Position numbers and translations under genes: made by a program | In this document: positions 9,707-18,374 of the stretch, piece by piece | Numbering within the stretch: the first letter of the stretch is position 1 | Layout: each line of letters starts with the position of its first letter | The notes under the pieces: generated by a model | Database searches by the model: none | What the model was told of the DNA's origin: nothing | The model's input: only the letters and a program-made list of their open reading frames with translations | From: an uncultured bacterium | GTDB taxonomy: Bacteria; CAZDME01; JAYEMH01 | Length of the DNA stretch: 64,000 bases | Assembly: GCA_964506075.1 (NCBI GenBank) | Contig: CAZDKO010000003.1 | Location: 1,510 to 65,509, forward strand | Reading direction: 5' to 3'

Positions 9707-10642
9707 TTGAAAAGAATAAAGGTCGGGGTAATTGGTGTCGGACATCTGGGGGAACATCACGTTCGTATTTTCAAGGAACTACCCGGAGTCAATTTAATGG
9801 GAATAGTTGATACTGACCAGCACCGGCTAAAAGAGATAGAAAAGAAATACGGGACCCGGGGATTTAATGGCGTTGAGGATTTAATTGCTACCGGGATAGA
9901 AGCGGTCAGCATTGCCGTACCCACGGAAGAGCATTTTTCTATAGCCAGGAAATTTCTGGAAAGAGGCACTAACGTTCTTTTAGAGAAACCGATTACCAGA
10001 ACGGTCAGAGAAGCGAAAATTCTTTTAGAAATAACTAAGAGGAAAAAACTTGTTTTTCAGATTGGCCATATCGAAAGATTTAACGTGGCGGTAAAAGCTT
10101 TAAATAAATTAGTAAAACGCCCGCGTTTTATCGAGTGTCATCGTTTAGGTCCTTTTCCCGAACGTAAAATTAACATAAACGTAATTTTAGATTTGATGAT
10201 TCATGATTTAGACATAGTTTTAAGCCTGGTTAAATCCAGGATTAAAAACATTCAGGCTGTAGGGGTTCCGGTGCTTTCTGAATACGAGGATATCGCCAAT
10301 GCCAGGATTAATTTTGAAGACGGCTGTGTTGCTAATTTGATTGTCAGCCGGATCAGTCCGGAGAGAATAAGAAAAATAAGGATTTTTCAGGAGGATACTT
10401 ATTTTTCTTTGGATTTTTTAGCCAAGGATATTTCCGTCTATCGTAAACAGGGTAAAGTTATTGTTCATAATAGAATTGGGCCGGAAGACAGAGAATCTTT
10501 GAAGATAGAGTTAGAACACTTCATCCATTGTGTCCGAGGGAAAAAGTCACCCCTTATTTCTGCTGAAGATGCTAAACGCGCTTTAGAAGTAGCTTTGAGA
10601 ATCAACCGCATTATGAGAAAATCCACTTTGCGCGCCCGTTAA
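9707..10642 (+). CDS. Gfo/Idh/MocA-family NAD-dependent sugar oxidoreductase (GnnA-like)
   Basis: TTG start. It has an N-terminal Rossmann motif (IKVGVIGVGHLGEHH) and an EKP motif (LLEKPIT). It is paired with the aminotransferase inside the lpx cluster. Confidence 0.8.
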   Translation: MKRIKVGVIGVGHLGEHHVRIFKELPGVNLMGIVDTDQHRLKEIEKKYGTRGFNGVEDLIATGIEAVSIAVPTEEHFSIARKFLERGTNVLLEKPITRTVREAKILLEITKRKKLVFQIGHIERFNVAVKALNKLVKRPRFIECHRLGPFPERKININVILDLMIHDLDIVLSLVKSRIKNIQAVGVPVLSEYEDIANARINFEDGCVANLIVSRISPERIRKIRIFQEDTYFSLDFLAKDISVYRKQGKVIVHNRIGPEDRESLKIELEHFIHCVRGKKSPLISAEDAKRALEVALRINRIMRKSTLRAR

Positions 10643-10669
10643 TCTTTGGAATAACATTTTGTAACCTTT

Positions 10670-11809
10670 ATGAGTAATGACCAGAAAATTCTAATTGTCG
10701 CCGGAGAACCCTCCGGTGATTTACACGGAGCAAATTTAGCCATGGCTCTTCATATATTAGCTCCGGATTTAGCCCTTTACGGTGTCGGCGGTGAAAAGAT
10801 GGCCTCTTCCGGGATCAAATTATATTTCAATATCGTCAGTTTAGCCGGCATTGGAGTGAGTGAAGTTTTCAACAATCTGGCCAGATTGCATAAAGTGTTT
10901 CAGAAATTAATTTCCATTATAAAGAGTAATAATTTTAAAGGAATTATTCTTATTGATTTTCCTGAATTTAATCTTCGTTTAGCCAGAGCCATAGCTAAAT
11001 TTAAAATACCGGTGATCTATTATATCAGCCCCCAGGTTTGGGCCTGGAGACGGGGGAGGGTTAAAACAATCAGCCGTTATATCAGAAAAATGCTCGTCGT
11101 TTTACCTTTTGAAAAAGAATTTTACCAGAAGTCAGGTATCCCGGTTGAATTTACCGGTCACCCCCTTTTGGATACGATCAGGCACTTTGAAGATAAAGAA
11201 GCGATTAAGGATATGTTGGAAATTCCAAAAGATAAAATCGTCGTTGGCCTTCTTCCCGGCAGCCGCATAAGCGAATTTAAGAAAAATTTTCCGGTTATGT
11301 TGGAAACAGCCAAAATTATCGCTAAAAATATCAATAATGTAGATTTTATTCTGCCTTTAAGTTCCTCTATTCCCCGGGATATTATCAGCAGTATGGTTAA
11401 ACCGGAAGAAGAAAAATTAATAAGGGTAATTTCCGGTCGCTCTCATGAAGTTATGGATGTAGCGGCATTAATTCTGGTGGCTTCGGGAACGGCTACTTTA
11501 GAAGCGGCGTGTCATTTCTGTCCGATGATTATTATTTATAAAATTTCTTTTTTAACCTGGCTTTTTGTTCGTCCTTTAATCAAGGTTCCTTACGTCGGTT
11601 TGGTAAATCTCATCGCTAATAAAAAAATCGTCCCTGAATATCTACAATTTCAGGCCAGACCGGCAGAAATTGCCCGGGAGGCCTTAAGTTTACTCAAAAA
11701 TGAGGATAAACGAAAAGAAGTTATTGATAATTTAGTATTGGTACGCGAGTTATTAGGAAACCCCGGGGCCTCCGCCAAGGCTGCCCGGATTATACTGGAT
11801 ACAATTTAA
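10670..11809 (+). CDS. lpxB: Lipid-A-disaccharide synthase LpxB
   Basis: ILIVAGEPSGDLHGANLA at the N-terminus, YYISPQVWAWR, and GTATLEAA in the C-terminal half. Confidence 0.93.
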   Translation: MSNDQKILIVAGEPSGDLHGANLAMALHILAPDLALYGVGGEKMASSGIKLYFNIVSLAGIGVSEVFNNLARLHKVFQKLISIIKSNNFKGIILIDFPEFNLRLARAIAKFKIPVIYYISPQVWAWRRGRVKTISRYIRKMLVVLPFEKEFYQKSGIPVEFTGHPLLDTIRHFEDKEAIKDMLEIPKDKIVVGLLPGSRISEFKKNFPVMLETAKIIAKNINNVDFILPLSSSIPRDIISSMVKPEEEKLIRVISGRSHEVMDVAALILVASGTATLEAACHFCPMIIIYKISFLTWLFVRPLIKVPYVGLVNLIANKKIVPEYLQFQARPAEIAREALSLLKNEDKRKEVIDNLVLVRELLGNPGASAKAARIILDTI

Positions 11810-11839
11810 AGTTAGATTTTTAAAAAGAAAGGTTCCATT

Positions 11840-13666
11840 GTGTCAATTTATTTCAGGCTTTTAAAATATCTTAAACCGTATAAAAAGCGGTTAACGTTAA
11901 CCATTTTTTGTATTTTAATGAGTACTGTTTTAAGCGGTGCCCAGCTGGGTTTTCTTGTTCCTTTAATGGATAGAATTCTTAACCAGAGTGAAAGCCGGGT
12001 TCTGGGTTTTATCCAGATGGAACAAAGTCAGTTTAATTTGCCCTTTTTAGAGAATATTCGAGCTAAAACAATATTTTTTTTCCAATCCACTCCGCCGTCC
12101 ACACTTTTAAAAATCATTTTAATCGTGGCTCTGATAGTTTTTGCCCTCAAGGCGATTTTTGATTTTGGTAAAGATTATCTGGCCGGCTACATAGGTGAAA
12201 GGGTAATTACCGATTTGAGAAATCAGCTTTATAGGCACCTTCAGGAATTATCGCTTGATTTCTTCAGTCACAGAAAAACCGGTCAAATTATCTCCAGAGT
12301 CACCAATGATGTCCAGCCGGTAAAAGTAGCTCTGGGGGAACAATTATGTGATTTTCTATTTGAATCTTCACAGGTAATTATGTATGCCAGTATTATCTTT
12401 TTTATCCATTGGAAATTGGCCTTAATTTCTCTGGTGATTCTTCCTTTGCTTCTTTATCCTATTATCCATATCGGTCAGCGGCTACGAAACATAACCATGC
12501 GTTTTCAGGAAAAAATAGCCGATATCACTTCTTTGCTTCAGGAAACTATTTCCGGGGTTCGTATTGTTCGTTCGTTTTCTATGGAAAATTACGAGATAAA
12601 CAAATTCGAGCAGGAAAGTGAAAAATTATTTAAGCTCCGGATTAAAACTTTAAAAAGGGTGGTTGGCCTTTCTCCTTTAACTGAATTTACCGGTTCAGTC
12701 GGGGCCATTTTTGTTCTCTGGTACGGTGTAAACGAAGTTTTAAAAGGCGTCCTTTCAGCCGGGACATTTATTCTTTTTCTGGCGGCTCTTCTTTCTCTGA
12801 TAAAGCCTTTCAAGAAACTAAGCCAGACCAATAATACTGTTCAGCAAGGAATTGCCGCTGGAGAACGGATTTTTGAAATGCTTGACACCAAATCCAGCAT
12901 CCAGGAAAATAAAGATGCCCGGACGATTTCCGAACCGCGGGATAAAATTGTTTTTAAGAATCTCTTTTTCTATTATAACCCGGATGAATTAATTTTGCAG
13001 GATATAAATTTAGAAGTCAAGCCGGGCCAAATTGTAGCCCTGGTCGGTCCCAGTGGAGTGGGAAAGACGACTTTATTAAATCTTCTTCCCAGATTTTATG
13101 ATCCTTCAAAAGGCAAGGTGGAGATTGACGGGATAGATATAAAAGAATTAAAAATAAAATCCCTGCGTAATCTTATGGGGATTGTTACTCAGGAAATGAT
13201 TTTATTTAATGACACTATCAAAAATAATATTGCCTATGGGAAATTTAATGCTACTTTTGATGAGATAGTAAATGCAGCCAGAGCCGCTCATGCTCATGAA
13301 TTTATATCCAAATTACCCCTGCAGTATGATACGGTTATTGGTGACCGGGGGATGAAGCTTTCCGGCGGAGAACAGCAACGTATTGCTATTGCCCGGGCTA
13401 TTCTTAAAAACCCACCTATCCTTATTTTAGATGAAGCTACCAGTGCTTTGGATTCAGAGTCGGAACGTTTGGTGCAAGATGCTTTGAACCTTCTGATGAA
13501 AGATAAAACGACCTTTTTAATCGCTCATCGTCTTTCTACCGTGAGAATGGCTGATAAAATTATAGTTATGTTTAAAGGGCGCATTGTAGGTATCGGTCGT
13601 CACGAGGAATTAATGGTGAGTAATCCTTTATACCGGCGTTTATATAACATGCAGTTTCAAGAATAA
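11840..13666 (+). CDS. msbA: Lipid A export ABC transporter MsbA (permease/ATPase)
   Basis: GTG start. Six N-terminal TM segments, Walker A GPSGVGKTT, signature LSGGEQQR and Walker B ILILDEATS. It sits between lpxB and waaA. Confidence 0.88.
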   Translation: MSIYFRLLKYLKPYKKRLTLTIFCILMSTVLSGAQLGFLVPLMDRILNQSESRVLGFIQMEQSQFNLPFLENIRAKTIFFFQSTPPSTLLKIILIVALIVFALKAIFDFGKDYLAGYIGERVITDLRNQLYRHLQELSLDFFSHRKTGQIISRVTNDVQPVKVALGEQLCDFLFESSQVIMYASIIFFIHWKLALISLVILPLLLYPIIHIGQRLRNITMRFQEKIADITSLLQETISGVRIVRSFSMENYEINKFEQESEKLFKLRIKTLKRVVGLSPLTEFTGSVGAIFVLWYGVNEVLKGVLSAGTFILFLAALLSLIKPFKKLSQTNNTVQQGIAAGERIFEMLDTKSSIQENKDARTISEPRDKIVFKNLFFYYNPDELILQDINLEVKPGQIVALVGPSGVGKTTLLNLLPRFYDPSKGKVEIDGIDIKELKIKSLRNLMGIVTQEMILFNDTIKNNIAYGKFNATFDEIVNAARAAHAHEFISKLPLQYDTVIGDRGMKLSGGEQQRIAIARAILKNPPILILDEATSALDSESERLVQDALNLLMKDKTTFLIAHRLSTVRMADKIIVMFKGRIVGIGRHEELMVSNPLYRRLYNMQFQE

Positions 13667-14970
13667 TGATGTTTCTTCTTTATAATTTAACCATTTCTAT
13701 CTTTATTATTTGTATCGCCCCTCTTTATTTATTTAGAAGTATTTTTGCCCCCCGCACGCGCCCCGGGCTTAAAGAAAAGTTCGGTTTTATTTCTAAAGGT
13801 AAAAAAAACTTTTTAAATAGCCGCTTGAATATCTGGTTACACGCTGTATCAGTAGGGGAAATTTTAGCCAGTCTTCCTTTAATTGAAATTATCAAGAGAA
13901 ATTGTCCTGAATATCAGCTGGTGATTTCTACTACCACTGTTACCGGACAGGAAATTGCCCGTAAACGAATTTCAGAAGCAGTGTTCATATATTTTCCGCT
14001 GGATTTATCCGGGGTAACCTCTAAGGTTCTGGACATAATTAAGCCATCTGTTTTTATTGTTGCTGAAAGCGAAATATGGCCGAATTTTTTCAGGCAGGCT
14101 TACAGACGGAAAATCCCCATAATCATTTTTAACGGAAGAATATCATCCCGTTCTTACAACTGGTATAGAAAGATTAGTAAGTTTTTTCGTCAGGTTCTGA
14201 ATTATGTTTCTTTATTTGGGATGCAGACGGAAACGGATGCACAAAGAATTATTAACCTGGGAGGTGTTGCTTCCCGGGTAAGGGTTACCGGTAACGCCAA
14301 ATTTGATGCTCTGGATCAATTGGATTTAAAGGAAGTCCAAAGGCTGGGCAGGGAATTAAGAATATCCGGTAATGATTTGATTTTTGTGTCCGGCAGCACT
14401 CACCCGGGAGAAGAAGGAATTATTTTAAGTTGTTTTATAAAACTTTTAAACGAATTTACAAATTTACATCTTATCCTTTGCCCCAGACATTTGGAGCGGT
14501 TAAATGAAATTGAAAACCTGATAAAGAAATTTGGACTTTCTTTCTCCAGACGGTCACGATTAAATAAAGATAGTCCCGATATCTCCTCCAAAGTTTTACT
14601 TTTAGACACGATGGGTGAATTAGCTAAAATTTACAGTTTAGCCACTATTGTTTTCGTGGGAGGGAGTTTGGTTCCTAAAGGGGGACAGAATATGCTTGAA
14701 CCGGTCAATTTTGGCAAACCGGTTATTTTTGGTCCGCATACCGGTAATTTTCAGGAGATAACCAGGATTATCAAAGAGGCGGAAATAGGTTTTCAGGTTT
14801 ATAATGAAAAAGAACTCTATCAAAAGGCGGTCGTTTTATTGAAAGACGAAATCCTGAGGAATAAAATTAAAGATAAGGCGGAGTTGGTTATTAACGGTCA
14901 TAAAGGAGCAAGCCGAAGAAATTTTGATATGATTAAAGATGTTTTATCTTTAATAGACCAGGATAGGTAA
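13666..14970 (+). CDS. waaA: 3-deoxy-D-manno-octulosonic acid (Kdo) transferase WaaA/KdtA
   Basis: IWLHAVSVGE motif and a GT30 architecture. The start overlaps the msbA stop (TAATG). Confidence 0.9.
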   Translation: MMFLLYNLTISIFIICIAPLYLFRSIFAPRTRPGLKEKFGFISKGKKNFLNSRLNIWLHAVSVGEILASLPLIEIIKRNCPEYQLVISTTTVTGQEIARKRISEAVFIYFPLDLSGVTSKVLDIIKPSVFIVAESEIWPNFFRQAYRRKIPIIIFNGRISSRSYNWYRKISKFFRQVLNYVSLFGMQTETDAQRIINLGGVASRVRVTGNAKFDALDQLDLKEVQRLGRELRISGNDLIFVSGSTHPGEEGIILSCFIKLLNEFTNLHLILCPRHLERLNEIENLIKKFGLSFSRRSRLNKDSPDISSKVLLLDTMGELAKIYSLATIVFVGGSLVPKGGQNMLEPVNFGKPVIFGPHTGNFQEITRIIKEAEIGFQVYNEKELYQKAVVLLKDEILRNKIKDKAELVINGHKGASRRNFDMIKDVLSLIDQDR

Positions 14971-14988
14971 CCAAAGAGACAGGTTGAA

Positions 14989-16056
14989 ATGAACAGGTAT
15001 CTGTATAAAATCTATAGATCTTTACTTAGACGAAGAATCACCGTATGTTTATTCTGGCCTTTATCGGGTATATATTACCTTCATTTTATCGTCAGAAAAT
15101 GTCTTTATAAAAGCGGGGTGAGAAAAAGTCAATCTTTACCCTGTCAGGTTATCAGCATAGGTAATATTACCTGGGGCGGAACAGGGAAAAGTCCCCTGGT
15201 AGAATTTCTCGGGGAAAAACTTAAAACAAAAAGAATAGCTGTTTTAAGCCGTGGCTATGGTCGCCGGGGAAAAAAGGAGAATATTGTTTTAGTCTCAGAT
15301 GGAATTGAAATCTTAGCCGGTCCTGAAGAGGGAGGAGATGAACCTTATTTATTGGCTAAGAAGCTTGAAAAAATACCTGTAATTGTTGGAAATAATCGTT
15401 TCCGGAGCGGTAAATGGACAATAAATAAATTTAAGCCGGAAATTATAATTCTTGATGATGGGTTTCAATATTTGGCTCTTAAAAGAAATGTAGATATAGT
15501 AGTGGTTGATAGTACTAATCCTTTTGGTAATAGATGGTTAATCCCGGCCGGGATTTTAAGAGAGCCGATTACCGAGCTGAAACGGGCGCAGATAATTTTT
15601 CTTTCCAAGGTAAATGAAACGGAAATGCCGCCTGAAGAGCTTAAAAAGGAGATAAGGAAATACAATTCACTGGCGCCTATAGTAGAAACTGTTTTTGAAG
15701 CTGTTGAATTTAAAACCTGGCCGAAAGGTGAAGTGAAAGTTAGAGAATTTATTGAAAAAAAATCGGTTTTTATGCTGGCCAGCGTCGGCTCGCCTAATTC
15801 TTTTAGATATTCTTTACTGCAGCTGGGGGCGACTTTAGTGGGTGAGGCAACTTATCCAGACCATTATCATTATCAGGCCAGGGATATCAGAAGGGTTATA
15901 AATTCGGCTAAGATTAAAAAAGCCGAATTTATTGTTACCACAGAAAAAGATGAAGTGAGACTGCCTAAAGTTTTTATGAATTTTCCGGTTTTAGTTCTTA
16001 AGGTTAAATTAAAAATTGTAAAAGGCGAGGAAACGTTGGATGCTTGGTTATCTTGA
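14989..16056 (+). CDS. lpxK: Tetraacyldisaccharide 4'-kinase LpxK
   Basis: P-loop GNITWGGTGKSPLV, followed by SRGYGR and ILDDGFQ motifs. Confidence 0.92.
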   Translation: MNRYLYKIYRSLLRRRITVCLFWPLSGIYYLHFIVRKCLYKSGVRKSQSLPCQVISIGNITWGGTGKSPLVEFLGEKLKTKRIAVLSRGYGRRGKKENIVLVSDGIEILAGPEEGGDEPYLLAKKLEKIPVIVGNNRFRSGKWTINKFKPEIIILDDGFQYLALKRNVDIVVVDSTNPFGNRWLIPAGILREPITELKRAQIIFLSKVNETEMPPEELKKEIRKYNSLAPIVETVFEAVEFKTWPKGEVKVREFIEKKSVFMLASVGSPNSFRYSLLQLGATLVGEATYPDHYHYQARDIRRVINSAKIKKAEFIVTTEKDEVRLPKVFMNFPVLVLKVKLKIVKGEETLDAWLS

Positions 16057-17989
16057 GTATTTTCTGGTTAAATTTTTAAATTTAATCATTAGAGCTTTTC
16101 CTCAGAAGGCAGTAGTTTATGTAGCCGGGTTAATCGGCAGTTTGTTCTATTTTATTGATTGTCGCCACCGGAACATCAGTCTGCGTAATCTTGAAAATGC
16201 CTTTGGAAAAACAAAGAGCCTGTCCGAGATAAAGAAAATTTCGCGTCATTCTTTTATGAATCTAAGTCAGAATTTCTTTGAGGTTTTACTCTTCCCGAAA
16301 TTTAATCGTCAGTCTCTTGATAAATTTGTCAGTATTGAAGGCAGAGAAAATCTGGATATGGTTCGTTCCCGGGGTAAAGGAGCTATTTTACTGACGGCTC
16401 ATTTTGGCAACTGGGAGCTTTCTGCCGTCTGGGCGAGTTTAAACGGTTACCCTATCAGTGTTATTGCCAGGGACCAGAAAAAAACCCGGCTAAACGCTTT
16501 ACTTAATCAATATAGAACCGGGACCGGCATAAAAGTTTATAGTAAAGGATTAGCCGTTCGTGATCTGATGAGAGCCCTTAATAAAAATGAATTTGTCGGT
16601 ATTTTAGGCGACCAGGATGCCGGGAAGAGAGGGGTGTTTGTGGATTTTTTTAACCGCCCGGCCTCAACCAATCCAGGACCTGTCCTTTTGGCTATACGCA
16701 AAGGAGTTCCCGTTCTTCCTTGTTTTATCGTCCGTTCTGGTTTCAGGCATAAAATATATGTTAACCCGCCTCTATATAAAGAAATTAAGGTTAGTGACAA
16801 AAATAATGCCGAGATGGTAAAATCCGTACTTCAGGAATTTAGCCGGATTCTGGAATCTTATATCCGGCTTTATCCGGGACAATGGTTATGGGTTCATAAA
16901 AGATGGAAAACCCAGCCTGTTAGAAACATAAATTTTGATAACCAGAAATTTAATATAATGGTATTGAGTGATGAAAAACCAGGTCATTTAAGACAGTGTC
17001 AGGGCGTTTTGAGAGGCTTTCCCGCCGCCAAGGTATTGAAGGTTGAAATAAAATTTAAAAACAGGTTCTGGAAGATATTACTTTCTCTGGTGGCTCCGGT
17101 GGTAAATAATAAATTTGTAATCAACGCCTTCCTCAGACAATCTTTAAGGCGGGAAAGTTTTAATGAACTGAATTCTTTTCTTCCGGGTTTAATTATTTCT
17201 GCCGGTAGTTCGTTAGCCCCCTGTAATCTTTTGTACGGAAGAATAACCAGAGCCAGGAAAATTGTTTGTATGAAACCGGGTATAATAAACGTTAAATTTT
17301 TTGATTTAGTCATTGCTCCCCAGCATGACCATCTGCCGGTAGTTAAAAACGTTTTAAATATATTAACTGCGCCGCACCCTTTTAGAAACGAAGATTTTGA
17401 TAGGTTAGCTAAAGAACTCAAAGAAAAATTTTCTATAAAAGGAAATAAATTCTTCGGGATATTATTGGGAGGAGAGAGTACCTACTTTTTTATATCAGAT
17501 AATTCCTTGAAAAAGATTGTTGAAAAGATAAAATTAATCGGTGAAACGCATAAATTTCCACTTTTACTTACCACTTCACGCCGGACGCCTTTACACGTTG
17601 AAAAGGAACTTAAAAAGACCCTCAATAATTTTTCTGATTTGGCTTTATTTATTTCGCCCCGGGAAGAAAGCTATAATCCGGTGGGAGGGATTTTAGGTTT
17701 AAGTGAGCTAATCATAGTTACTGAAGACAGTATTTCTATGATTGCTGAAGCCGCCAGTTCAGGGAAGAAGATTGTTGTTCTTGGGATTGACAGAAAAGTC
17801 CGGCGTAAACCGCCCAAACATTTGGAAACGCTTAATAAATTAACCCGGCAAGGTTATATCCGTATGGCTACGCCGGATAACCTTAATAAAGTTGTTGATC
17901 AGTTTCTCGAAGACGCGACACCCGTTAAAATTCTTAATGATACGGAAAAAGCAATTGAGAGAGTGAAAGCATTACTGGTAAACGGTTGA
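16040..17989 (+). CDS. Fusion protein: LpxL-type lipid A (Kdo2-lipid IVA) acyltransferase + ELM1/DUF1022-like domain
   Basis: The N-terminal roughly 300 aa have LTAHFGNWELS, GILGDQDAG and QWLWVHKRWK. The C-terminal roughly 340 aa have IMVLSDEKPGHLRQCQG, FDLVIAPQHD, GILLGGES, TTSRRTP and IVTEDSISMIAEAASSGK, which I recognise as ELM1-family strings. It is a single uninterrupted frame and overlaps lpxK by 17 nt. Confidence 0.8.
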   Translation: MLGYLEYFLVKFLNLIIRAFPQKAVVYVAGLIGSLFYFIDCRHRNISLRNLENAFGKTKSLSEIKKISRHSFMNLSQNFFEVLLFPKFNRQSLDKFVSIEGRENLDMVRSRGKGAILLTAHFGNWELSAVWASLNGYPISVIARDQKKTRLNALLNQYRTGTGIKVYSKGLAVRDLMRALNKNEFVGILGDQDAGKRGVFVDFFNRPASTNPGPVLLAIRKGVPVLPCFIVRSGFRHKIYVNPPLYKEIKVSDKNNAEMVKSVLQEFSRILESYIRLYPGQWLWVHKRWKTQPVRNINFDNQKFNIMVLSDEKPGHLRQCQGVLRGFPAAKVLKVEIKFKNRFWKILLSLVAPVVNNKFVINAFLRQSLRRESFNELNSFLPGLIISAGSSLAPCNLLYGRITRARKIVCMKPGIINVKFFDLVIAPQHDHLPVVKNVLNILTAPHPFRNEDFDRLAKELKEKFSIKGNKFFGILLGGESTYFFISDNSLKKIVEKIKLIGETHKFPLLLTTSRRTPLHVEKELKKTLNNFSDLALFISPREESYNPVGGILGLSELIIVTEDSISMIAEAASSGKKIVVLGIDRKVRRKPPKHLETLNKLTRQGYIRMATPDNLNKVVDQFLEDATPVKILNDTEKAIERVKALLVNG

Positions 17990-18008
17990 CCAGTTTACCG
18001 GGTGAGTA

Positions 18009-18050
18009 TTAAGGATTAAGACGCTCACTACGCTCGCTCTAAGGATTAAG
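18009..18050 (-). repeat. 42-bp dispersed module, copy A (inverted relative to copies B and C)
   Basis: TTAAGGATTAAG-ACGCTCACTACGCTCGCTC-TAAGGATTAAG. Its reverse complement matches 28678-28719 at 40 of 42 positions without gaps. Confidence 0.9.
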
Positions 18051-18126
18051 TTGTATGTAACGAAAAACTTAGAACGCAAAACTAAAAACCATAATTCAAA
18101 ACTCAAAATGCCGAATGACTAAATCC

Positions 18127-18167
18127 CCTGCCTGCCCTGTCTACCGACAGGGAGGAGGCAAGGCAGG
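18127..18167 (+). other. GC-rich two-tier hairpin flanked by a 12-bp direct repeat
   Basis: CCTGCCT (18127-33) pairs with AGGCAGG (18161-67). CCCTGTC (18135-41) pairs with GACAGGG (18146-52), closing a TACC loop. The flanking perfect direct repeat AATGCCGAATGA lies at 18107-18118 and 18169-18180. Confidence 0.8.
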
Positions 18168-18374
18168 TAATGCCGAATGAATGTCTAAATATTCAAATGA
18201 CCAATTTAAAGCAGAATAATCTATTACAATTTAGACATTGGAAAATTTGGTCATTTATTCGTCATTAGTCATTTAAGAATTAGGCAGGGATATATTGATT
18301 AAATTTTATTTTACGTTTTTCGTTTTACTTACTTCTTAATCCTTAGTTCTTAATTCTTAAATAAAGGTAAAGAT

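Larger units (their letters stand above)
17990..18374. repeat. 385-bp non-coding spacer forming a long, nested, imperfect palindrome built from short words
   Basis: Outer arms: 18009-18020 vs 18349-18360 (11/12), 18040-18050 vs 18335-18345 (11/11), and 18061-18068 vs 18315-18322 (8/8). Inner arms: 18168-18178 vs 18257-18267 (10/11), 18180-18190 vs 18229-18239 (11/11), and 18195-18204 vs 18247-18256 (10/10). Confidence 0.85.

Noticed and set aside
18108-18270. Mini-ORFs inside the palindromic spacer: ATGCCGAATGACTAA, and a 32-codon ORF from 18170.
   Set aside because: They have no SD sequence. Their ATGs are simply part of the repeated word AATGCCGAATGA, and the reading frames are not supported by any other feature.
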